Below, piece after piece: positions 1-10,502 of a stretch of DNA of 64,000 nt (positions are counted from its first letter, which is position 1; each line of letters begins with the position of its first letter). This DNA comes from Octopus bimaculoides (lineage: Eukaryota), in NCBI RefSeq assembly GCF_001194135.2, contig NC_068981.1, positions 100,705,657-100,769,656 on the forward strand, given 5' to 3'. The notes beneath the pieces were generated by a model. It was given only the letters and a program-made list of their open reading frames with translations. It did not search any database and had not been told where the DNA came from. A program made the translations under genes and the position numbers.

Positions 1-212
1 AAGTTATGAGGGAAAAAATAGGATCGTGTGAAATTTCTCAAAATCCTCTCCCCACTCCTTCGGAAAACATTTTCCTCCAAAAATTTCTTTATAATCGTAA
101 TCGATGCAATTTGAAAGGTATTTCTATAAAATTTCATTAATATATATCCATTTTCCTGAAAGTTATGAGGGAAAAATTGGATCGTATGAATTTTCTGAAA
201 GTCCTCCCCGTC
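1..212 (+). repeat. Two diverged copies of a ~50-bp motif with ~159-bp period
   Basis: aagttatgagggaaaaaataggatcgtgtgaaatttctc (1-39) versus aagttatgagggaaaaattggatcgtatgaattttctg (160-197). Confidence 0.6.
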
Positions 213-1083
213 CCCTTTCGTTTGCACAAATTTTTGTTTTTATATTCGTTTTCTACATATTTTTTTACACCTATTACACTTGCTTCTTTTTTTTTTTTTT
301 TTTGGTGACCAGGAGTTAAAGAAAACATTAACCGATCGAGGTTCTTCCCACCACCGCTATCCCCTACACATAATATTGTTCATAATGTAAACAACATTCT
401 GATTGCTAGTATGAATGGAGTGCCATAAACAATACCAGTAATTGCTCCTTGACAACAACTATTCCAATAGAAAAGGTAGTGTGATATGAAATCGAATTTG
501 AAATTTAGTATATATTTATTCCTTTACCTACACATACGTGAATTTTAGACACAACTGCATGGTAAACAGTATACATCACGAAGCTACAGCCAAAAGACTT
601 GAACTGCGAGTCATTGTTACTAAATTTTCATGTTCCATCATTGGTAAGGTTAATCATATAAACACACATATAGATAGTGAGATTCACTTTTATTTCTTGA
701 TAATGTTTTACTATAGAGTGATAAATAAAGCGACTCCCTAAGAAATCGCCTGTTTTTCCAAGATGTTCATTCTATTTTGTTTTTGCTGACTTTGTATAAT
801 ATAGTGTGTGAACTAGGTTAATATAGTGTGGATCTAGATATTAACCAACTATACTATCCAGCTGAGGATGCTTAACTTGCTAGAAATAGTGCCCAAATCT
901 GTCACAATACCCAACCGTCTTTTAAATGAAGGTCGCGCTTAACTAATATAGTCTTAGATACATTATGCCCGATTTAAAGTCGGGATCGTTATTACTGGAA
1001 CATCTTTAATAAGCTCGTTCCAAGTCTGAACAGAGAATAAATAACTGTTGGAAAATTTAAAAAATAAAAAAAAATATTGTATA

Positions 1084-1252
1084 GGCGCAGGAGTGGCTGT
1101 GTGGTAAGTAGCTTGCTTACCAACTACATGGTTCTGGGTTCAGTCCCACTGCGTGGCATCTTGGGCAAGTGTCTTCTACTATAGCCTCGGGCCGACCAAA
1201 GCCTTGTGAGTGGATTTGGTAGACGGAAACTGAAAGAAGCCCGTCGTATATA

Positions 1253-1303
<51 letters not shown>

Positions 1304-1501
1304 GTGTTTGTCCCACCACCATCGCTTGACAACTGATGATGGTGTGTTTACGTCCCCGTAACTTAGCGGTTCGGCAAAAAGAGACCGATAGAATAAGTAC
1401 TAGGCTTACAAAGAATAAGTTCCGGGGTCGATTTGCTCGACTCAAGGCGGTGCTCCAGCATGGCCGCAGTCAAATGACTGAAACAAGTAAAAGAGTAAAG
1501 A
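1084..1501 (+). mobile_element. tRNA-headed SINE, family A (full copy with central TA microsatellite)
   Basis: A-box-like TGGCTGTGTGG, B-box-like GGTTCAGTCCC, central (TA)n, tail GAGTAAAAGAGTAAAGAG; many homologous copies in the window. Confidence 0.85.
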
Positions 1502-1510
1502 GTATATTAC

Positions 1511-1604
1511 CTTCTCGCATTTTTTGCTCTAATTCATCTAGTGTTGGTTCAATAAGTTCCCAGCCTTCTGGGGGAGACTTTTTACTCCTTCTTACCTTAG
1601 GCAT
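1511..1604 (-). CDS. BUD31: BUD31 (G10) spliceosomal protein, first coding exon (94 nt); downstream exons lie outside the window
   Basis: Minus strand reads ATG CCT AAG GTA AGA AGG AGT AAA AAG TCT CCC CCA GAA GGC TGG GAA ... ATG CGA GAA G|GTAATA = [31 protein letters not shown], nearly identical to the known BUD31 N-terminus (human [31 protein letters not shown]). GT donor at 1510-1509. I found no next exon in 1-1500. Confidence 0.95.
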
Positions 1605-1715
1605 AGCTGTTTTGGCTCGTGTTTTGATTGTTTAAAATGATTTCTACAAGTGTTATTATGTTTCTATGTTATTTTAATATGTACAAACACAACAGTGAAT
1701 CTATTTCGTACGATT

Positions 1716-1731
1716 CCAATTGGCCGGAAGT
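1716..1731. promoter_or_regulatory. Candidate bidirectional promoter core: palindromic CCAATTGG (CCAAT on both strands) abutting ETS motif CCGGAAGT
   Basis: CCAATTGG at 1716-1723 and CCGGAAGT at 1724-1731, between the divergent BUD31 and PDAP1 start codons. CpG-containing patches occur nearby (1700-1760, 2040-2090). Function is inferred from motif and position only. Confidence 0.6.
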
Positions 1732-2169
1732 AGTTTCAAGTCACGTTCTCACGCAACTTCTACAAGTTTTTGTTTTCTTATATGTGTAATTACTCATATG
1801 TTATATACATATATATACGCTACAACTTATAAATTTAACAGTATTCATTTATCGAGTTGACAGAATTTATTCCGACTATTCAAACATAAATGAATAATGT
1901 AAATAAATTTATTATTATTTGTAGATCCTACTATGCGTCTGTAAAGTCTAAGCAGATTAATAATACAGGGGACCAGTCATTGTGTGGAAAAACACGTTTC
2001 GTTCTCAACGATTTTTATAAAAACTTCTCATCACAAATATTCGACGCTCCCCACCTGTGTGGCGCTTCCTCACGGCTCTACCCCGTTTACCTCAACAAAA
2101 CTACACCAGTTTCTATTACTTTTTCATAAAGCAACACTTAATAACTGTCGAAACTAAACAGTTAACAGG

Positions 2170-2179
2170 ATGCCTAGAG
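2170..2179 (+). CDS. PDAP1: PDAP1 (28 kDa heat- and acid-stable phosphoprotein) coding exon 1 (10 nt, MPR+G)
   Basis: ATG CCT AGA G|GTAAGG, a phase-1 donor that joins exon 2 in frame (G+GA=Gly) to give MPRGGSTAGRGKKSHKG, matching the PDAP1 N-terminus type MPKGGRKGGHKG. Confidence 0.8.
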
Positions 2180-3899
2180 GTAAGGTTAGAATATCATTTA
2201 TATGCCTACAAATAATTTTTATTTTAACTTGAATTCATATCGTGTTTAAGTTGTGTCTCTTCTCTTCTAAAAGCAAGCAACCAGTATTTCATTTATCAGA
2301 ATCCAACTCAGCATTAGGATTATTTGAAATTATTAGTTTTTTTTTTTAATTACGATTTCAGTGACTTTTTTTGTCCATACATCTCAGTTTAGTTTGATTT
2401 TAATCAGCATTTTTTTTACTANNNNNNNNNNTTTTTTTTTTTTTTTTTTTTTGGGGAAATTTTTGTGCTTGAATTTTTAATCATTCAGAAAGTTGTCTCC
2501 GTTTTAATAATGTCTCTTTTTGCATATAGACAGACATACATGTTTTTTATTTATATTGTATCGTTTAATGATTCTTAAATAGTTAAATGAAGTTAATGAC
2601 CACAATATACAGAGTAAACTGATCACAAGTCGCGTTAAATTTTGATACCTGGTTGTTTTATTGATATAGAAATATATTCGACTTCAACTTTTAATTTCAT
2701 TTTGTTTATTGCTGAAATTCATTTCACTTTCATTTTAAGTTTAAAACGAAATTTATTTACTAACTTGTATGTAATATATAAACGTTTCCAAGTTTCAATA
2801 TTTATTATTTCCAGATTTTTTTTTTTTTTTTTTTTTTTTGTTTAGAAATTATTTACTGTAGAAGCCCAACAGTAATTGTTGTCTCTATCTCTTTTGCAGT
2901 ACACTTTAACATATTTAACCGACACGTTTTTCAAACTATTGGATCAGTTGTTGGTTTACTAGCTTTATTTATTTCTAGATTAGAAATGAAGATAATCTTT
3001 GTAACATTAACCCATGCAATTGAGGTCCAAAAGAGATTGAAACAAGCTAATATTTTCAAGGTTACTAATAGCTTCATGTTATAAAATTTTTTAAAAACTT
3101 GTCAGAAAAATTACTAGAAATTTCATGAACATTAACCAATTTTATTTTTGGAATTTTATGTTTAGGAAATCATTTTCTTTATACAGTCGGTCTAATGTGT
3201 GCCTTGATTTCGCCGTAGTTTTAATAAAATATATTTCAATAATTCTCTTTAAAAAATTGCTTTTATATGAAACTCATTGTTGAAACGAATCTTAAAATTT
3301 TAAGGGGTGGTTCGATTCTCTAGTAGCAGTAAATCATTCAAATAAAGAGTACTTTATAAATTTCTTCGTGAACAGCTTTCTACGTATTAATATAATGAAA
3401 GCTATTATCTACTTCTGCCTAAATTTTGGACTATATTAGTCTATAATAATAGTAATAATATTAAGTCGGTAGCAGCTATTTCTTATGATGATGAAATAGT
3501 TTCAGTACGAGTTATTTCATTAATTTTCTAGAATTGATTACTTCCCTTGATGAGCGTCAGGCGACAGATTGCATTTCAGGAACCCTTCCTGACCGTATTT
3601 TTTTGTTTTTCTCCCTAAACTCTAAAAATCTTTTTGTATTCTGTGAAAGTGTTGAGGATTTTCCTCATGATTTAACAGGAATGTGACTTTGAATATAAAT
3701 ACCATAAAATAAAATTTAAAAAAAGGAATTTTTTTTTTGTGTGTGATTAAGTCGAAAATTCATTTCATTTGAGAATACTACAATAAAAATTTAGAACTGC
3801 AATTTAATGGTAACAAGAACACTCTTTACAAAAATAAACTAAGAAAATGGTAAAAAAAAATATATAACAAGGAATCCAATAAGTAAATAAACAAAATAG

Positions 3900-4195
3900 A
3901 GGCATGCTCGTGACTGTGATAAGAACTTCCTAACCACGTGGTTCCGGGTTCGATCCTACAACGTGGTACATTATTGCCCAGAAACTGAAAGAAGCCCATC
4001 GTGTGTGTGTACATAAACACGTATATATGTACACAAACATACATGTTTGTTTTCTAACTCGTAACTTAAAAGAGCCCGATAGAATAATTACCAGGCTTAA
4101 AAGTTAAGTACTTGGGTCGATTTATTCAACCAAACCCTTCAAGGTGGTACTCCATCATGGCTGCAGTCCAATGACTGAAACAACTAAAAGATGAA
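3900..4195 (+). mobile_element. SINE family A, degenerate and internally deleted
   Basis: Head ggttccgggttcgatcc, gaaactgaaagaagccc, tail cagtccaatgactgaaacaactaaaag. Confidence 0.7.
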
Positions 4196-7015
4196 TGGCA
4201 TTACTACCGTACCCATCCTTTTTTTTTCTTTTTTTCTAAACATTGTGTAGCGAAAACTACGTTATCCAGTGTGTCCTGTTTTTGCTTTTTATTCTTTGCT
4301 AGGATCGGAGTGAGTGGGGGAGCATTTATTATTTCTCACAAGGAGTTGTATAATTGAAGTCCACAGTAATTAGGGATGACTTTACTGAAGTCCACCTTGT
4401 AGAAATTTTGGCTGCTTGCTGGTGGGTGCTGGTTCAAGTGAATTAAAAAATGTAGACAGTTCTCGGTTGAATATAGTGACCATCGCTTTCATTTGAAGTA
4501 GATTTCATAGACGGAAACTGAGAGAAGCCTGTTGTGTGTATATATATATACACATATACACACACACATACACACATATGTATCTTTGTGGGCAATCAAT
4601 CGTATTTGGTCTTGGAGAACAAAATATTTGTTTGGAAAATTCTGTATAAATTTTTTTATTTCTTGAATGTTTATTTTTGCAGCTCAACAGTGAAAAACAT
4701 GGTCACACTGCCGTGTGTGTGCGATTGTTTTTTTTTTTTCACTATTCAGTTATAAACATAAAAATTTCATTCTGAACTTGCCGAACAAATATTTCTTTTT
4801 TTTTTTCCGAGACCAAATACGATTGATTTCCTCTTTATTTTTACGTCCCCGTAACTTAGCGGTACGACAAATGTGACCGATAGAACACATACCAGGCTTT
4901 TAAAAAGTAAGTACTGGGATCAATTTGTTCGCCTAAAAAAATCTCTTCATGGCGGTACTCTAGCATGGCCCAGTCGAAGACTGAAACGGGTGAAATATGT
5001 GTTTGTGGAGGGGAGTAGATGTTGGTCTATCTATAACTACAGTATTCTAGCATTTTCTCAACTATACACTCTACTCCTTCTCCTTTGGAGTATTAGTCCT
5101 GAGTGTAACTCATAAACTACAAATAATATAAACATATAGGAAGCCACTTATAACATTGGTCGACACGATTTTTGGTGCTGAGAAATAAAACGTTTTTTAG
5201 CTAATTTGATGGTGCTGATTCCGAAAATGACCTTAGTTCTTCATGGTTAGCTACCTTTTTTGCTGTACTGAAATTACTCATTTTTTTTGAAAAAAAAAAG
5301 ATCTATTTGCGATCTTGGCTGATGGCAAAATTTGATTTAAAAAGGTAGTAGAAACCCATGAATTGCATATTTTGTTATATGTAAGTATGATATACAGATA
5401 GCCATATTGAGCTAATACTGCTTCTGTCACTCATAATGAAAGTTTGTATTTCAACAATTAGTTTTCCTTTCTCTGACAGCAAAGTAAAAAAAAAATGGAG
5501 TGTATTAACTTTAAGGTATTATTTAAAGAAAGGGTATGTGTGTGTGTGTGTGTGTATACACACACGAGTATATAGGGATAAATTATTTAGGTGGGTACTG
5601 TATGACAACTTGTGTACAGTCCAGGTTCAGGCTACATGCATTTTTGCATGTCACCCCAGCAGAAGGAACCCATCTGCTCAGCACCATCTGTTTATTGCCG
5701 GTTTTGTTTTGAGGACTGCACACTGGCTGCATAAGGCCTGTGGGTGCTTTTTAAGCATCTAGGTGGAATCTGAATTCAGATGCAAAAAGCTGTAAGGTTG
5801 CTTTCTGACAGTCCACCGTCATGGATTGGAAATTTATTTATCAACACAGAAAAGATCAAAGGCAAAATTGAATTGTGGTGCTAGCTAAATTTCTATCTAA
5901 CACTCTGCCTCTATCACTTCACCACCTATAATGAAGGCACGTAGCCTTGTGGTTAGGGTGTTGTACTCACAATTCTCTGACTGGGTAGTGTATGTGTGTT
6001 TTGGAGCAAAACCCTTCATTTCACCTTGCTCTGTGATCATTTCCACAATTGACATGTGGCACACTGCACCTGCACAGGTGATGTAGAGATTTGATGGAGG
6101 GTATGAGCTAATGTACAGCACAGATATTTGATCATTTTAAACAACAAATCATCCATGCTGTTGTTCAGTAAGTAATTGAGGAGCATTCATTTGTCATCTA
6201 TGACAGAAGAGGCCACAGTGTGAACATAATGGTCCTTGATCAGAATTTCCAGCCATGAACATTCATTTCAATCAATTGGATTACCAGGTTCACTGAAATA
6301 GCATGTGACTGAAAAATCCACAGCCACATGTTACCTTATTGTAATTCCCAGGCAGTATTTGCGTGACACTGTGATGAGACTGGACCTTTTTGTTAAAAGT
6401 ACAATCCATTTGGTGTGCTTCTACACAGTTTCCATTTACCTAATTTCACTCACAACTTGCAGCTATAAAAGACACTTACCCAAGACTGTGTGATGAAACC
6501 AGACTCTTCGTAATTGCAAAACAAACTACTTAACTATTCTTTGCTTTTTGACTCAAATAGTTCTGGGTTCAGTCCCACTGCATGACACCTTGGGCAACTA
6601 TCATAGCTCAAGGACAACCAAAGCCTTGTGAGTGGATTGGATTTGGTAGACAGTAATTGAGAGAAATCATTGTGTGTGCATGTATTTATAGATGTGTGAG
6701 TGTGTGTGTTATGGTCTCCTTGTCTTGACGTCGTGTGTTGGTTCTAAATGAGTGTCACCATCATGCAGATACCTTTGTTTTCAGTCTTCTATGAAAACAT
6801 GTCTGATTATGGGGAAAATATTACCTCACTTGGAAACAGGTTACAGAAAGGGCATCTGACTGTAAACAAAAACCTTATCCAACCCTAGAAAAGTGAAAAC
6901 TGCTGATGGTGTATGTATGTATATATATATATATATATATATATAAGGGTGCAAAATAGCACCTATAAGAGCTAAAACATATAACTTGAATAGCCACACA
7001 TCTTTCTCCAATGAC

Positions 7016-7177
7016 ATAAAATTCACTGAATGAAGTAATTTAACAAGACCCTATCATATGACTTTGAAATTTAACCAATAAGGTTTTGTTTCTCCTCAGG
7101 GGAATTTACAAATTACTCCAGGTTAAAGAGATAGCTTGATAGGGTCTTATTAAATTACTTCATTCAGTGAGTTTTAT
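7016..7177. mobile_element. Small MITE-like foldback with ~41-bp inverted arms
   Basis: ataaaattcactgaatgaagtaatttaacaagaccctatca (7016-7056) versus tgatagggtcttattaaattacttcattcagtgagttttat (7137-7177), 2 mismatches. Confidence 0.75.
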
Positions 7178-7765
7178 ATCACTGGAGGAAGATGGTGTGG
7201 CTTGCTACTCTGTCCCTTTGAACATCTCATGAGGCTGGTGATTTTGTGTGGCTTTTTGAGTTATATTTTTTTAGCTCTTGTTTCTAGCAATTGTAGGTGC
7301 TATTTTGCACCCTTAGTTATGTATTCTACCTTTTTGGTTTTTGTTTTAACCACCTGTATTGTAACGTATCTAATATATCATATTAATTTATCGTTATATC
7401 TTATTGTGTGTGTGTGTATATATATAATTGTACATTCAAACATTAACTGAAAATTCCAAATGCATGTAGAATATGAAATTATTTGACAAAAAGCAAAATG
7501 GAAGTGACTTCCAAGTTTTCATGATGGTTGACTTTGTCAGACTGAAGTTCTGTAGTTGTGGATATCAATTATGTGTAATTACCTCTTGTTAGGATACAGT
7601 CTGTTGCATGTAGCTAGTCAATAGAATTAAAGACCAGTAACATTTGTAGCAATGTAAAATTGAATATATTTTTTTATTGGGGCTAATCAGTTACTTTAGG
7701 TGAAGAAAAAAATTTTGTGTTGGTGGGAAAATGTTGGATTAAGAGTGATGAGGTGCTCAGATTAA

Positions 7766-7976
7766 CACTTTAGTATTCAAACTGGCCATTTTAGGCCCAA
7801 ATTTTCTACCTGTTTTATGTTCAGATCAGGCCTCTCACACCTACCATGCAATGTTATTCTAAAAGTAAACGATCACATCATCAAAATCTTGAAGCTACAA
7901 GATAATGCATGTTTACTTCAAAACAATGTGAATAAATAAGCATTACTTTTGACAGAATAATTTGAATGCTAAAGGA
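7766..7976 (+). mobile_element. piggyBac-type MITE copy (TTAA-flanked)
   Basis: TTAA at 7762-7765 and 7977-7980; homologous throughout to 9527-9723. Confidence 0.75.
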
Positions 7977-8959
7977 TTAAACCAAAGTTGAGTTGGTATC
8001 AAATTCCTTAGTTAAATGAAGTTAATTGTCGTTTATAATCTGTTTGCTGTAGCTGAAATCTCATGTGGAGAATTGGAACAGGTGTCTTTAAGGAACAATG
8101 GTTGAATACAAATTTTTTCTGAGACGTACAAACATAGTTACATGTTATAAATAGATGCACTCCAAAGTCCATACGCTTATACATAAACTCACATATACAA
8201 ATACATCTCTCCATCTGTATATAAAATTTCAAATATATCACAAGATGTATATAAACTCATGTATTTCTTATACACTTTTCCCTACTGTAAAAGTAGGTGA
8301 GATTTATTGAGGAAGTCCTGTACAGCTGGACACTCTTCCTGACACAACCCTTACTTCTTTTCAAGTAAGGTACTTTATTACATGCCTTTGCTGCATTGAA
8401 CCACCAAGGTGCCAGACACACACAACTGCTGCCCAAGCAGTTTTAGTGCAGAAACACATGGAGACAAACACGTATGCAATGGGCTTCCATACTATTTGTG
8501 TCTACCAAATTTCACTTATCCAAGGTACTATGCAATGGAATTGAATATGAAACTATTTGTTAACAAACCAAACTTTTTAATTATAGAGCCAAGCCTCTAG
8601 TGGGGACTGCTGAGTAAACCAATCAATAATGAACTTATAATGACTACTGGAAATGGTTGTAAGTCAAATTTACTACAACAAAGAAATATGTAATGACCAT
8701 TATTTATGTTTTGTCTTGGGTGGGGTGGTTGGTGTTAGGAAGGGCATCCAGCTGTAAAAACTGTATCAAAACACACAGAAGTCTGGTGCGGGCTCCTGCT
8801 TAGCCAACTCCTGTCAAACTGTCCAACCCATGCCAGCATGGAAGGCAGACATTAAACAATGATATATATATATATATATATTGTAGTAGTAGTTGATAAT
8901 TTCTGTTAGCAAGGTGACATAGTTAGCAGCAGAGGTGTTTGTTCCAAAAAGTGTAGTAA

Positions 8960-9330
8960 TCATAGTAAGAACTGGATGGGAAAAGTTTGAGCTCTTACCT
9001 CTGCTGAGATCAATGGTTTTGTCCCACAATATGAAAGGGAGATAGTATGATGATTGTGTTCAAACTGCAATGCTGTATTGTAGTGAGATATAGGGCTTGC
9101 AAGCAGAAGACACGTGAAAGCTAGAAAAAAACAGTGTGTTTCATTGAATGCATGGATGTCAGAGTACAAATGAGCTGAGAGGAACACTGAGTATAAGAGA
9201 AATTAGGTGCAATGTGTAAGAAAGAGCAGTGCTGCTATGGTGATTTGATACATATGAAGGATGACTAAGGATGAGAAAAAGTCTGTACCTTCAAAGAGGC
9301 CAGCAGTCCTGTTGCTGTGAGTATCTCTTT
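8960..9330 (+). mobile_element. Degenerate RTE-clade LINE, RT C-terminal region
   Basis: Frameshifted GWEKF(R)ELLPLL...CVQTAMLY(G)SE, typical of the region after the RTE RT domain; an RTE-type 3' tail lies at about 8727-8860. Confidence 0.55.
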
Positions 9331-9526
9331 GAAAATCAAAGAGAAAGGTTAACTGCTCAGTTTAGAAATATACTGGCTTAAATAAAAAAAAAGTTCTTGT
9401 GCACAGTTAAATTTAAAATAGTACTTACCAGCTGAGTTCTTAAGCTGGTTGAAACATAACACAATCTTAATCCTTTCACTTAATGAATCTGTGACTGTGT
9501 GCTTAATTAGAAATCACTATAATTAA

Positions 9527-9723
9527 CCCTTTAGCATTTAGCCATATCAGGTCCGAATATTCTACCTGTTTTAGGTTCAAATTCAGCCTACTCTACAATG
9601 TCATTCTAGAAATATACAATCAGATCATCAAAATCTCAAAGCTCCAAGCTAATGCATGATTAATTCAAAACAATGTGAATAAATAAGCACTACATTTGAC
9701 AGAATAATTTGAATGCTAAAGGG
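9527..9723 (+). mobile_element. piggyBac-type MITE (best copy)
   Basis: TTAA|CCCTTTAGCATT ... AATGCTAAAGGG|TTAA: perfect 12-bp TIR with TTAA duplication at 9523-9526 and 9724-9727. Confidence 0.9.
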
Positions 9724-9791
9724 TTAAAATGTTTTAGATATCATATATATATATCTATTGCAAAAATATTTCTCTAATTTGTCTATTTTAG

Positions 9792-9904
9792 GAGGTAGTA
9801 CTGCTGGACGTGGCAAAAAAAGCCATAAAGGTCAAAGGCGGATGTTCACAAATGAAGAAGAACTTGCTCAACAACACGAAGAAGAAAAGAAAAAGGCCTG
9901 GAGA
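9792..9904 (+). CDS. PDAP1: PDAP1 coding exon 2
   Basis: ttttag|GA GGT AGT ... TGG AGA|gtaagt; encodes GSTAGRGKKSHKGQRRMFTNEEELAQQHEEEKKKAWR (cf. HKGRARQYTSPEEI in PDAP1). Confidence 0.93.
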
Positions 9905-10502
9905 GTAAGTTTGTTTTTGTTCTGTTTTTTTTTTTATAGGGGAAAATGAATTTGACTGTAGCATCTTAATTCATTTATGATTTAAGATTTTGAAGGTGAA
10001 TTTGTTTAAAAAGGTATTTAGTACTCTAGTTGGTGTTAAGCACTTTTTCATTGATTAAATTTGCTTATGGTTAATAAGTTAAATACTGAATTGAAGATTA
10101 CAATTGACCAGAGGTAGCTATTTATCTGGTTACTGCAAGACAAACAAAAATATTTCTTTTCACTATTGTTATCTGACAGAAAATAACTTGATAATAAATG
10201 GAATGTAATTTTGATGCCAGAAGCAGTAAAATACTAGATTAAACAAAACATGGATTTTAGTAATATCCTTTTTGCATTCCTAGTTCTAATCTCACCAAGG
10301 TTCGTTTTATCTTTCATTCTTCCTGAGTTCAGTTAATGTTATTAGTTGTTAATTTGACTGTACTCTTTTACCTTTGTATGTTGACCTTGCACTTAATGAT
10401 TTGTATAGTAAATGCTAAGTTTCAGAAAAGTGGGTTTTAATTACTGGTCGGATCCAGTTTGTTACTTAAGTCATTAATAAAGGCATCTTCTCTCTAATTT
10501 AA

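Noticed and set aside
1336-1635. 99-aa plus-strand ORF and similar ORFs at 1117-1445, 17030-17239, 27908-28255, 50558-50976 and 59419-59610
   Set aside because: Translations of SINE family A; the 3' part of 1336-1635 is the antisense of the real BUD31 exon.
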